DNA of 64,000 nt from Alphaproteobacteria bacterium. GTDB taxonomy: Bacteria > Pseudomonadota > Alphaproteobacteria > MPNO01. Under the pieces are notes generated by a model that saw only the letters and a program-made list of their open reading frames with translations, did no database searches and was not told the origin of the DNA. A program made the position numbers and the translations under genes. This document shows, in pieces, positions 12,340-23,530 of the stretch; positions within the stretch are counted from its first letter, which is position 1; every line of letters starts with the position of its first letter. The stretch lies in NCBI GenBank assembly GCA_964291675.2, contig OZ219866.1, positions 2,080,001 through 2,144,000 on the forward strand, written 5' to 3'.

Positions 12340-12843
12340 CTACAGCCCCTCCGTGCCGCGCGCGATGGCGACCACCCCGGTGCGCGACACGTCGACCAGC
12401 CCGAGCGGCTCCATCAGCCCGATGAAGGCGTCGAGCTTGTCGGTCGAGCCGGAGATCTCGAACACGAAGGACTCGCCGGTCGAGTCGATCGCGCGCGCCC
12501 GGAAGATGTCGGCGATGCGCAGCGACTCGACCCGCCGGTTGCCGCTCGCCTTGACCTTCACCAGCGCGAGCTCGCGCTCCACATGGGCCCCCTCGGTGGT
12601 CAGGTCGACCACCTTGTGGACCGGGACGAGGCGGTCGAGCTGGGCCTTGATCTGCTCGATGATCATCGGCGTGCCGGTGGTCACGACGGTGATCCGCGAG
12701 AGCGCGTTCCGGGCGTCGACCTCGGCCACCGTCAGGCTCTCGATGTTGTAGCCGCGCCCGGAGAACAGGCCGATGACGCGGGCGAGCACGCCCGCCTCGT
12801 TGTCGACCAGGACCGAGATCGTATGCCGTTCGGTGTCGCTCAC
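12340..12843 (-). CDS. ilvN: Acetolactate synthase small subunit
   Basis: ACT domain VLVDNEAGVLARVIGLFSGRGYNIESL; ERELALVKV; SRTG. Confidence 0.96.
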   Translation of the reverse strand: MSDTERHTISVLVDNEAGVLARVIGLFSGRGYNIESLTVAEVDARNALSRITVVTTGTPMIIEQIKAQLDRLVPVHKVVDLTTEGAHVERELALVKVKASGNRRVESLRIADIFRARAIDSTGESFVFEISGSTDKLDAFIGLMEPLGLVDVSRTGVVAIARGTEGL

Positions 12844-12859
12844 CGCCGCACCCCGCCGC

Positions 12860-14620
<1,761 letters not shown>

Positions 14621-14789
14621 CGCACCGCTCCCCTCGCGCATCCCGCCCGGATCGCCGTTCGCCACGGTCCTCCGGCCTGTCCTCAAAACGAAGCCGGCCT
14701 GACGAGGCCGGCGGATTATTCGCGCTTCCGCACCCGGATACCGCCGGGCAGGGCGTCGCTCCCTCCTGAAGGAGCGCAAAACTAATGCG

Positions 14790-15740
14790 TCATCGAGTGA
14801 GGGTCAACCGGAAATCGCTAATAAATGAAAAGATTTCCGGTACCAGACTTTCCGAATATTGCGCTTCCACGACACGATCGGGCCGCGACCGGTTGCGGAA
14901 CCAGGTCATCTGCCGGCGCGCGTAGCGCCGCGTGTCGCGCTTGGCGGCGTCGACGGCATCCGCCAGCGCGAGGGTGCCCGCGCAGTGCGCGAGCAGCGGC
15001 GCGAGGCCGACCGCCTTCATGACGGGGAGCGCGGGATCGAGCGCCATCGCCCGGATCGCCCTTGCCTCCTCGACCGCGCCGTCGGCGACCATCCGGTCGA
15101 AGCGTGCCTCGCAGGCCGCGTAGACCGCATCGCGGCCGGGCATCAGCAGGATCTGCAACACCGCCCAGCCATGCGCCGGCGGCGAAGCCTGGCGCGCATG
15201 CCAGGCATGCAGCGGCTCGCCCGTCGCCTCGATCACTTCGAGGGCGCGCAGGATGCGCTGCGGGTCGCTCGCGCGGACCGCCCTTGCGCCCTCCGGGTCG
15301 CGCTCTGCGAGCAAGTCGTGCATCGCCGCGCTGCCGCGTTCGGCGAGCAGCGCGCGCAGCCGCTCGCGGATCGCCGGGTCGGCCGGCGGCAATTCCGCCA
15401 GCCCGTCGACCAGCGCCTCGAGATAGAGCCCGGTGCCGCCGACGACGATCGGCACCAGACCCTCGCCGCGGGCGGCTTCGATCGCCGCCGCCGCGCTTAG
15501 TCGCCAGCGCCCCGCCGACCACGGATCGTCGGCCTCGGCGATGCCGAACAGGCGGTGCGGCGCGCGCGCCAGCGCGTCTTCCCCGGGGCGCGCGGTGACG
15601 ATGGAGAGCGCCCGGTAGAGCTGCATCGAATCGGCGTTGATCACCACGCCGCCCAGGCGTTCGGCGAGCGCCAGCGCGAGCGCCGACTTGCCGCTCGCCG
15701 TCGGCCCGCCGATCGCGATCACCGGCGTTTCGGCGGGCAT
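14790..15740 (-). CDS. miaA: tRNA dimethylallyltransferase
   Basis: GPTASGKS, NADSMQLY, VGGTGLY, RILRALEV, TRRYARRQMTWF. Confidence 0.96.
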   Translation of the reverse strand: MPAETPVIAIGGPTASGKSALALALAERLGGVVINADSMQLYRALSIVTARPGEDALARAPHRLFGIAEADDPWSAGRWRLSAAAAIEAARGEGLVPIVVGGTGLYLEALVDGLAELPPADPAIRERLRALLAERGSAAMHDLLAERDPEGARAVRASDPQRILRALEVIEATGEPLHAWHARQASPPAHGWAVLQILLMPGRDAVYAACEARFDRMVADGAVEEARAIRAMALDPALPVMKAVGLAPLLAHCAGTLALADAVDAAKRDTRRYARRQMTWFRNRSRPDRVVEAQYSESLVPEIFSFISDFRLTLTR

Positions 15741-15753
15741 CGGGGAGCGGGCG

Positions 15754-17232
15754 TCAGCCCTCGGCGACGCTGAGCGCGATGAAGTGCTGGTTGCTCTCGC
15801 GCTCGACCAGGACGAGCAGCGTCTTGCGCTCCGCCTTGCGGGCGCTCTCGACCGCCGCCTGGATCTCGGACGGCTCGGTCACGTCCGATTGCTCGGGCCC
15901 GACCTTGCGGATGATGTCGCCGGGGCGGATCTGCTTCTCCGCCGCCGGGCTGCCCGGCTTGACCTCGACCACGACGACGCCGGTCGCGTCGTCCGCCAGG
16001 TTGAAGCGCTTGCGCATCTCGGGCGTGACGGTGGCGAGGTCGAGGCCGAGCGTCTCGACCGTCGCCTGGCGCGGCGTCGCGCCCGGCGTGCGCGCCGCGA
16101 CCTGGCGGTCGTCCTCGGGAAACTCGTCGAGCGTGACCTCGAGGGTCCTTTTTTCGCCCTTGCGCCAGACCACCATGGCGACCTGCCGCCCCACCTCGGT
16201 CTCGGCCACGATCCGGGGCAGGCTCCGCATCTCGGAGATGGTCTTGCCGTCGAAGGCCAGGATGACGTCGCCGACCTCGACCTTGGCCCTGGCGGCGGGG
16301 CCGCCCTCGGCGAGGCTGGTGACCAGCGCGCCCGACGCGTCGGGCAGGCCGAGCCCCTGGGCGATGTCGTCGGTGACGGTCTGGATGCGCACGCCGATAT
16401 AGCCGCGCCGCGCGCGGCCGTATTCGCGGAGCTGGTCGATGATCGGCCCGGCGAGGTTGGACGGGATCGCGAAGCCGATGCCGACGCTGCCGCCGGTCGG
16501 CGAGAAGATCGCCGTGTTGATGCCGATCACCTCGCCGGCGAGGTTGAACATCGGTCCGCCCGAATTGCCCCGGTTGATCGAGGCGTCGGTCTGGATGAAG
16601 TCGTCATAGGGGCCGGCGTTGATGTCGCGCTGGCGGGCCGACACGATGCCCGCCGTGACGGTGCCGCCGAGCCCGAAGGGGTTGCCGATCGCGATCACCC
16701 AGTCGCCGACCCGCGTGCCGTCGGAATCGCCCAGCTTGAGCGCGCTCAGCTTCTTCCCGCCCGGGTCGATGCGCAGCAGCGCGAGATCCGTCTTGGCGTC
16801 GCGCCCGATCACCTCGGCGTCCAGCCGCGTCTTGTCGGACAGGACGACCGCGATCTTGTCGGCCTCGGCGATGACGTGGTTGTTGGTCACGATCACCCCG
16901 GTCGCGTCGATCACGAAGCCGGAGCCCAGCGAGGTCACGCGCTGGCGCGGCGCCGGGTCCTGCTGCTGGCGCTCGAAGAACTCGCGAAAGAAGCGCTCGA
17001 ACGGGGATCCCGGGGCGAAGCGGGGGATCTCCGGCCGGTTGCCGCCATCGGAGCGCACGGTCTGGGTGGTCGAGATGTTGACCACCGAGGGCAGCAGCTT
17101 GGCGGCGAGATCGGCAAAGCTCTCCGGCGGCGCCTTGGCGAGCGCCGGCAGCGTCCCGGCGAGCACCAGCACGAGGGCGAGCGCGAGCGGGCGCCGGCCC
17201 AAATTCATGGATCTGCCGTCGCGTGCGGTCAC
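15754..17232 (-). CDS. degP: DegP/Do (HtrA) periplasmic serine protease with two PDZ domains
   Basis: SLGSGF, TNNHV, TDLA, FIQTDASINRGNSGG; signal peptide. Start is GTG 17232 (after GGAAGGAG) or ATG 17208. Confidence 0.92.
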   Translation of the reverse strand: MTARDGRSMNLGRRPLALALVLVLAGTLPALAKAPPESFADLAAKLLPSVVNISTTQTVRSDGGNRPEIPRFAPGSPFERFFREFFERQQQDPAPRQRVTSLGSGFVIDATGVIVTNNHVIAEADKIAVVLSDKTRLDAEVIGRDAKTDLALLRIDPGGKKLSALKLGDSDGTRVGDWVIAIGNPFGLGGTVTAGIVSARQRDINAGPYDDFIQTDASINRGNSGGPMFNLAGEVIGINTAIFSPTGGSVGIGFAIPSNLAGPIIDQLREYGRARRGYIGVRIQTVTDDIAQGLGLPDASGALVTSLAEGGPAARAKVEVGDVILAFDGKTISEMRSLPRIVAETEVGRQVAMVVWRKGEKRTLEVTLDEFPEDDRQVAARTPGATPRQATVETLGLDLATVTPEMRKRFNLADDATGVVVVEVKPGSPAAEKQIRPGDIIRKVGPEQSDVTEPSEIQAAVESARKAERKTLLVLVERESNQHFIALSVAEG

Positions 17233-17266
17233 GACATCTCTCCTTCCTGCGCCATCCCGCAATTCC

Positions 17267-17458
17267 TCAGCCCCGGACCAGCCAGGCGAGCCCGACCCCC
17301 GCCACGGTGGCGATCAGCCCGGCGGTGCGCAGCGCATTCGCCGGCTGCTCGGATACGCGCTGGATAAACCGCTTCATCGCGTCGGGGAAGAGCGCGTAGA
17401 GCGCGCCCTCGATCGCCAGCGCCAGGGCGATCGCCGCCAGCAGATCCGCGCCAAGCAT
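17267..17458 (-). CDS. DUF2065 (YjeT-like) small membrane protein
   Basis: LAIEGALYALFP motif; conserved position after hflC. Confidence 0.85.
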   Translation of the reverse strand: MLGADLLAAIALALAIEGALYALFPDAMKRFIQRVSEQPANALRTAGLIATVAGVGLAWLVRG

Positions 17459-17465
17459 CGCCTGC

Positions 17466-18350
17466 CTATTCTTTCAGGTCCCTGGCCTCGCTGATATTGC
17501 CGAAGAACCGGAAGAAGTCGCTGTCCGGCGACAGCACCATCGTCGTGTCGTCGGCCTTGAGCGCCGCGCGGTAGGCCTGCATCGAGCGGTAGAAGCGGAA
17601 GAACTCGGCATCGCGGCCGAACCCGTCGGCCCAGATCAGCGTCGCCTCCTGGTCGCCCTCGCCGCGGGTGATCTCCGCGGTGCGCTGCGCCTCGGCGAGC
17701 AGCACCGTGCGTTCGCGGTCGGCGGCGGCGCGGATCTGCTGCGCCTTCTCGAAGCCCTGGGCGCGCGCCTCGCGCGCCTCGCGCTCGCGTTCCGAGCGCA
17801 TGCGCGCGTAGATCGCCTGCGCCGCCTCCTGCGGCAGGTCGGCGCGCCTCAGGCGCACGTCGACGATCTCCAGCCCGAGCCGTTCCGCCGCGACGTTCAC
17901 GTCGGTCTGGATATTGGTCATGATCTGCTCGCGCTCGTCCGACAGCACCGCGAGCAGGGTCACGTTGCCGAGCGCCCGCCGCAGGCTCGAATTGACCACC
18001 GAGGCCAGCCGCGACCGGGCGACCGCCTCGGTCGCCACGGTCTGGAAGAATTTCAGCGGGTCGGCGATGCGGTAGCGCACATAGGCGTCGGCCACCAGCC
18101 GCTTCTGGTCGGACAGGATCACCTGCTCCGCCGGCGGGTCGAATTCGAGCACCCGGCGTTCGTACTCGACCACGTTCTGGATGAACGGCAGCTTGAAGTG
18201 CAGCCCGGGCTCCTGGATCACCCGCCTGGGCTCGCCGAACTGGAGCACCAGGACCTGCTTGGTCTGATGGACGGTAAACAGCGCGCTGAACACGACGATG
18301 CCCAGCACGATGACGACGATCCCGAGGATCGTCAGGCGGGTGCGGCTCAT
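17466..18350 (-). CDS. hflC: FtsH modulator HflC
   Basis: SPFH domain, PGLHFKLPF, RMRSER, FFRFYRSMQAY, LSPDSDFF. Confidence 0.95.
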   Translation of the reverse strand: MSRTRLTILGIVVIVLGIVVFSALFTVHQTKQVLVLQFGEPRRVIQEPGLHFKLPFIQNVVEYERRVLEFDPPAEQVILSDQKRLVADAYVRYRIADPLKFFQTVATEAVARSRLASVVNSSLRRALGNVTLLAVLSDEREQIMTNIQTDVNVAAERLGLEIVDVRLRRADLPQEAAQAIYARMRSEREREAREARAQGFEKAQQIRAAADRERTVLLAEAQRTAEITRGEGDQEATLIWADGFGRDAEFFRFYRSMQAYRAALKADDTTMVLSPDSDFFRFFGNISEARDLKE

Positions 18351-19507
18351 TGCGTGGTCTCCTCCTGATCGGCGGATTGCTGCGCGCGTTTCTGGATCTC
18401 GGGCAGCGGCAGATAGGGCACCACCCCCGGCCCGCCCTGGGCCGAGGAGTCGATGATCACCTTGTTCATGCCGCGGAACACCTCCTCGATGGTCTCCAGA
18501 TAGATCCGCTGCGTCGTCACGTCCTTCGACGCCTGGTAGGATTCGAGCACCTTGATGAAGCGCTCGGCCTCACCCTTGGCCTTGTTGGTGATCTCCTCGC
18601 GATAGGCGTTGGCGTCCTGGATCATCTTCTCCGCCTCGCCGCGCGCCCGCGGCAGGATGTCGTTGCGGTAGGCCTCGGCCTCGTTGCGCAGCCGCTCCAG
18701 ATCGGCGCGCGCCCGCTGGACGTCGACGAAGGCGTCGATCACCGGGCCCGGCGGGTCGACCTTGAGGAGCTGCACCCGGCGCACCTCGATGCCCGCGCCG
18801 TAGTCGTCGAGCAACTGCTGCACCCGGATCTGGGTGCCCTGCTCGATCTCGTTGCGGCCCTCGGTGAGCGCCGACTGGATCGCGGTCTGGCCGATCACCT
18901 CGCGCATCGCGCTCTCGGCGGTCAGCTTCACCGTGGCTTCCGGGTTGCGGATGTTGAACAGGAACTGGCCCGCATCCTTGATCACCCAGAACACGGTGAA
19001 GTCGATGTCGACGATGTTCTCGTCGCCGGTCAGCATCAGGCTCTCTTCCTGGATGTCGCGCACCGGCAGGTTGCGCGTGGTCTCGCCGACGCTGCGCAGG
19101 CCCACCTCGATGCGGTTGACCCTTGTGACCTTCGGCGTGATCACCGATTCGATCGGCCCCGGCAGGTGGTAGTTGAGCCCGGGCAGCGTGGTCTTGGTCC
19201 ACTCGCCGAAGCGCAGCACCACCCCCTGCTCGTCGGGCTGCACCCGGTAGAACCCGCTCAGCAGCCACAGCCCGATCACCGCCACGACCAGCAGGAGCAG
19301 CCCGCGCCCGCCGCGCAGCCCGCCCGGTACCAGCCGCCTGAACCGGTCCTGGCCGCGCCTGAGCATGTCCTCGAAGTCGGGCGGCTGGCCCATCGGCCCG
19401 CGCCCGCCGCCGCCGCCGCCGCCGCCTCCGCCGCCGGGGGGACGGCCCCACGGGCCCTGACCTCCGCCGAAGGGGCCGCCGCCCCCACCCTGCTGTTTCC
19501 ATGGCAT
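18347..19507 (-). CDS. hflK: FtsH modulator HflK
   Basis: MPW start, Gly-rich N-terminus, MLTGDENIVD, VIDAF, RIYLETIE, VPYLPL. Confidence 0.95.
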   Translation of the reverse strand: MPWKQQGGGGGPFGGGQGPWGRPPGGGGGGGGGGGRGPMGQPPDFEDMLRRGQDRFRRLVPGGLRGGRGLLLLVVAVIGLWLLSGFYRVQPDEQGVVLRFGEWTKTTLPGLNYHLPGPIESVITPKVTRVNRIEVGLRSVGETTRNLPVRDIQEESLMLTGDENIVDIDFTVFWVIKDAGQFLFNIRNPEATVKLTAESAMREVIGQTAIQSALTEGRNEIEQGTQIRVQQLLDDYGAGIEVRRVQLLKVDPPGPVIDAFVDVQRARADLERLRNEAEAYRNDILPRARGEAEKMIQDANAYREEITNKAKGEAERFIKVLESYQASKDVTTQRIYLETIEEVFRGMNKVIIDSSAQGGPGVVPYLPLPEIQKRAQQSADQEETTQ

Positions 19508-19686
19508 ATCGGATCACCGTCTTGTTGCGCGCCGGGCCGCGCCGCCGCGGGCGCACAGACTACAAGCCGTGCCGCGCGGCCGCGCTATATGATTTGGACG
19601 CCTGCCGCTATGATAGGGCAGGCGGGACGCCAGCGCAGCCGCCGCGCCCGTTCCACGCATATATGCTGTAATTCGGACGATAAACA

Positions 19687-20784
19687 ATGCCCCAGTTGAA
19701 CGAGGCCGCGATCCTCGAAGCGCTCAAGTCGGTGCGCGACCCCGACCGGGGCGCCGATATCGTGTCGCTCGGCATGATCTCCGGCCTGGTCCTCAAGCAG
19801 GGCAATGTCGGTTTCTCCATCGAGGTCGCGCCCGAGCGCGGCGAGGCGCTGGAGCCGCTGCGCAAGGCGGCCGAGCGCGCCGTTGCCGCGGTGCCGGGGG
19901 TGCTGTCGGTGACCGCGGTGCTCACCGCGCACAGCGAGCCCGCGCCTCCCGCCGCCGCCCAGCCCGGCCGGCAGGCGCAGCAACCTCTCATGCCGGGCGT
20001 GACGCGGATCGTCGCCGTCGCCTCGGGCAAGGGCGGGGTCGGCAAGTCGACCACCGCGGTCAACCTCGCGCTCGCGCTCGCCGCCTCCGGCCGCTCCGTC
20101 GGCATCCTGGACGCCGACATCTACGGCCCCTCGCTGCCGCTGATGCTGGGCATTCACGGGCGCCCGACCTCGCCCGACGGCAAGGTGCTCGACCCGATGG
20201 AGGCCTGGGGGCTGAAGGCGATGTCGATCGGCTTCCTGATCCCGCCCGACACGCCGACCATCTGGCGCGGCCCGATGGTTATGGGCGCTCTCGAACAGTT
20301 GATGCGCGACGTCGCCTGGGGCGGGCTCGACATGATGATCGTCGACATGCCGCCCGGCACCGGCGATGTGCAGCTCACCATGGCGCAGCGCGTGCCGCTC
20401 GCCGGCGCGGTCATCGTGTCGACGCCGCAGGACCTCGCGCTGATCGACGCGCGCAAGGGCCTCAACATGTTCCGCAAGGTCGACGTGCCGGTGCTCGGGG
20501 TGATCGAGAACATGAGCTATTTCGTCTGCCCGCATTGCGGCGGCCGGTCGGACGTGTTTACCCATGGCGGGGCGCGCTACGCGGCCGAGGAGATGGGCGT
20601 CGACTTCCTCGGCGAGCTGCCGCTCGACATGGCGATCCGCGAGGGCGCCGACGCCGGCAGGCCGATCGTCGCCACCGAGCCGGACGGCCCGCACGCCGCC
20701 GCCTACCGGGCGATCGCCGATGCCATCTGGGCCAAGGCGTCCGGCGGGGCGCTGCGGCCCGCGCCCGAGATCGTCATCCAGTAG
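19687..20784 (+). CDS. mrp: Mrp/ApbC (NBP35) Fe-S cluster carrier ATPase
   Basis: SGKGGVGKST, DADIYGPS, WRGPM, DMPPGTGD, ENMS...CPHC. Confidence 0.95.
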   Translation: MPQLNEAAILEALKSVRDPDRGADIVSLGMISGLVLKQGNVGFSIEVAPERGEALEPLRKAAERAVAAVPGVLSVTAVLTAHSEPAPPAAAQPGRQAQQPLMPGVTRIVAVASGKGGVGKSTTAVNLALALAASGRSVGILDADIYGPSLPLMLGIHGRPTSPDGKVLDPMEAWGLKAMSIGFLIPPDTPTIWRGPMVMGALEQLMRDVAWGGLDMMIVDMPPGTGDVQLTMAQRVPLAGAVIVSTPQDLALIDARKGLNMFRKVDVPVLGVIENMSYFVCPHCGGRSDVFTHGGARYAAEEMGVDFLGELPLDMAIREGADAGRPIVATEPDGPHAAAYRAIADAIWAKASGGALRPAPEIVIQ

Positions 20785-20799
20785 CGGCCGGACGGAACC

Positions 20800-21696
20800 A
20801 TGGCCGAGGACGGGATCCCGTTCCGCAAGCGGATGGCGTTCTCCTACGGGCGGGCCGAGACCGTCGCCCCCCTGGTGCGCCGCATCGTCTGCAACAACCC
20901 GAGCCCGTTCACCTTCCACGGCACCAACTCCTACGTGGTGGGGGAGGGGGAGGTCGCGGTGATCGACCCCGGCCCCGACGATTCCGATCATGTCGAGGCG
21001 CTGAAGCGCGAGCTGGCCGGCGAGACGGTCACCCATGTCATCGTCACCCACACCCATATCGACCACTCCCCGGCCAGCCGCGCCTTCGCCCGCGCCGTCG
21101 GCGCCCCCGTGCTCGGCGCGCTGCCCGCCCCGCCGGGCGACGGCGCGCCGCCGATCGAGGCCGCCGACCCCGACTTCGAGCCCGACATCCATCTCGCCGA
21201 CGGCGATACCGTCGCCGGGCCGGGCTGGACGCTCACCGCCCTGTTCACCCCGGGCCACATGTCGAACCACCACTGCTTCGCCCTCGCCGAGGGCGGCATC
21301 CTGTTCAGCGGCGACCATGTGATGGGCTGGAACACCACCATCGTCTCGCCGCCGGACGGCAATATGGGCGACTACCTGCGCTCGCTGGAGACCTGCATCG
21401 CCCGCTCGGACGCGCTGTATCTGCCCGGCCACGGCCCGCCGATCGACCGGCCGCGGCCCTTCGTGCGCGCCTATCTCAACCACCGCCGCATGCGCGAGGG
21501 CCAGATCCTGCGCTGCCTGGAGGACGGGCTCGCCACCCTGCCCGAGATGGTCGGGCGGATGTACGCGCATCTGCCCGGGCGCATGCACTGGGCCGCCGGC
21601 AGGTCGGTGCTCGCCCATCTCCAGCACATGGAAGGGACCGGCCGCATCGTCGCCGACGGCGCGCCCGACGAGGACGCGCGCTACACCCTGCCCTGA
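20800..21696 (+). CDS. Metallo-beta-lactamase fold hydrolase (LACTB2-like)
   Basis: NPSPFTFHGTNSY, THTHIDH, TPGH, SGDH, PGHG. Confidence 0.9.
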   Translation: MAEDGIPFRKRMAFSYGRAETVAPLVRRIVCNNPSPFTFHGTNSYVVGEGEVAVIDPGPDDSDHVEALKRELAGETVTHVIVTHTHIDHSPASRAFARAVGAPVLGALPAPPGDGAPPIEAADPDFEPDIHLADGDTVAGPGWTLTALFTPGHMSNHHCFALAEGGILFSGDHVMGWNTTIVSPPDGNMGDYLRSLETCIARSDALYLPGHGPPIDRPRPFVRAYLNHRRMREGQILRCLEDGLATLPEMVGRMYAHLPGRMHWAAGRSVLAHLQHMEGTGRIVADGAPDEDARYTLP

Positions 21697-21827
21697 GCGG
21701 GCGGGGCGAGGGGACGGTGGAGGAGGGGTGGAGGGTTACTGTCGCCACGGTGACATTTATACCCCAAAACGCGTCCCATGTCAAGCAGAATTTTGCATAT
21801 CCGGCATTTTTCTGTGTTCCCGCGGGT

Positions 21828-21953
21828 GCGGTTTCACCCGGCCGGGAGGCGTCGTCATGGCCGGCACCCGGCCCTCTCTGCGCCGCCTGTGGGCGCCCGG
21901 AACGAGTCGGGGCGTGACGGAGGGGCAGCCGCGGCGGTTTCACCCGGCCGGGA
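21828..21953. repeat. Degenerate REP-like doublet flanked by a perfect 20-bp direct repeat
   Basis: GCGGTTTCACCCGGCCGGGA at 21828-21847 and 21934-21953. Between them, GTCATGGCCGG...GGAACGAGTCGGGGCGTGACG resembles the repeat family at 32658-33324. Confidence 0.7.
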
Positions 21954-21992
21954 CACGCTGCTAGGCTCGGGCGTCGGCGAAGGGGAGGGGCC

Positions 21993-23294
21993 ATGGCGAA
22001 GCCTGCGAAGCTCGGGATGTTCCAGTCGGACCCGGACGGGCTGGCGCCGCCGCCGGGCTGCCCGGCGAGCGCGCTGGCCGCCGGCTTCCAGCCCTTCTCG
22101 GACTCCTATCTCGCCGATCCCTACCCGTTCTTCGAGCGCGCGCGGCGCGAGGAGCCGGTGTTCTACAGCCCGGAGACCGGCTACTGGGTGGTCGCCCGGC
22201 ATGCCGACATCGTCGCTGTCTTCCGCGACCCCAAGACGTTCTCCGCGGCGCTCGCCCGCCACCCGGTCACGCCGCTCTGCCCGGAAGCCGCGAGAGTGCG
22301 CGACGGGCTCGACATCGCCATCGAGCCCTCGCTGGTCGACGAGGACCCGGAGACCCATCTGAAGCACCGGCGGATCTTCGGCGATGCCTTCACGCCCCGG
22401 CGGGTGAACGAGATCGAGCCCCGCATCCGGGCGATCGTCACCCGCTATATCGACCGCTTCGCCGGCGACGGCGAGGCCGAGCTGGTCTCGCAGATGCTGT
22501 ACGAGGTGCCGGCGCTCGCCATCTTCATCTTCCTCGGCGCGAGCGACGAGGACGCGGTGTTCGTCAAGCGCCTCGGCTCGACCCGAGCGGTGGTCAACTG
22601 GGGAAGGCCGGACGAGGAAGAGCAGGTCGCGATGATGCGCGACATGGGCGAGCACTGGGCCTTCACCCGGCGCCTGGTGGACGCGGCGCTCGCCGAGCCC
22701 GGCGACAACTATCTGGGCGACATGGTGAGGCTGCATCGGGAAGACCCGTCGCGCTTCACGGTGAACTATCTCTGCAACGTGATGTTCCTGATGCAGTTCG
22801 CCGGGCACGAGACGACCACCCAGGCCTCGGCCAACGGGTTGAAGGCGCTGCTCTCCGACCGTCCGCAATGGGAGAGGCTGTGCCGCGAGCCCGCGCTGAT
22901 ACCGGGCGCGGTCGAGGAGATCCTGCGCTTCGACACCTCGATCTTCGCCTGGCGGCGGATCGCCACGCGCGATGCGGAGATCGGCGGCACCGCGATCCCC
23001 GCCGGGGCGAAGATCCTGCTCCTGCTGGGCTCCGGCAGCCGCGACGAGGAAGCCTTCGCCGACGGCGAGCGTTTCGACATCGCGCGGCCCGACGCCAAGC
23101 GGCACCTCGCCTTCGGCAACGGCGCGCATTTCTGCATGGGCGCGCCGCTCGCCCGGCTGGAGATGCGGATCGTCCTGGAAGAGCTGACCCGGCGCCTGCC
23201 CGGCATGCGCCTGGTCGAAGGCCAGGGCTGGGAATACGTGCCGACGCTCACCTTCCGCGGCGTGCAGAAGCTGCGCGTGGAGTGGGACGCCTAG
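21993..23294 (+). CDS. Cytochrome P450
   Basis: I-helix FAGHETT, EEILR (ExxR), heme ligand FGNGAHFCMG. Confidence 0.95.
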   Translation: MAKPAKLGMFQSDPDGLAPPPGCPASALAAGFQPFSDSYLADPYPFFERARREEPVFYSPETGYWVVARHADIVAVFRDPKTFSAALARHPVTPLCPEAARVRDGLDIAIEPSLVDEDPETHLKHRRIFGDAFTPRRVNEIEPRIRAIVTRYIDRFAGDGEAELVSQMLYEVPALAIFIFLGASDEDAVFVKRLGSTRAVVNWGRPDEEEQVAMMRDMGEHWAFTRRLVDAALAEPGDNYLGDMVRLHREDPSRFTVNYLCNVMFLMQFAGHETTTQASANGLKALLSDRPQWERLCREPALIPGAVEEILRFDTSIFAWRRIATRDAEIGGTAIPAGAKILLLLGSGSRDEEAFADGERFDIARPDAKRHLAFGNGAHFCMGAPLARLEMRIVLEELTRRLPGMRLVEGQGWEYVPTLTFRGVQKLRVEWDA

Positions 23295-23300
23295 GGCGTC

Positions 23301-23521
23301 GCGTCCCTCGATACGGCCCCTGCGGGGCCTACTCGGGATGAGGGGCCTTCTTATATGTGGTATGTGGCATACCAATCTCTCCTCATCCTGAGTAGCGGCC
23401 GCGGGCGGGCGTCCTTCGATACGGCCCTTCGGGCCTACTCAGGATGAGGATCTTGTATTGTGGGGAGCCACCCCACCCTCATCCTGAGTAGCCCGCCGCA
23501 GGCGGGCGTAGCGAAGGACGC
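23301..23521. repeat. REP/REPIN-like palindromic repeat cluster, family 2 (TCCTTCGATACGG...TACTCAGGATGAGG)
   Basis: Forward units at 23301-23343 and 23409-23449; inverted units at 23381-23395 (partial) and 23477-23521; between convergent genes. Confidence 0.85.
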
Positions 23522-23530
23522 TCCGCCGGC

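Noticed and set aside
19400-19500. (GCC)n/poly-Gly tract as a contingency repeat
   Set aside because: In-frame Gly-rich N-terminal linker that is normal for HflK.
23301-23521. Repeat-spacer pattern as a mini-CRISPR
   Set aside because: Inverted alternation of units, only two per orientation, no leader or cas genes.
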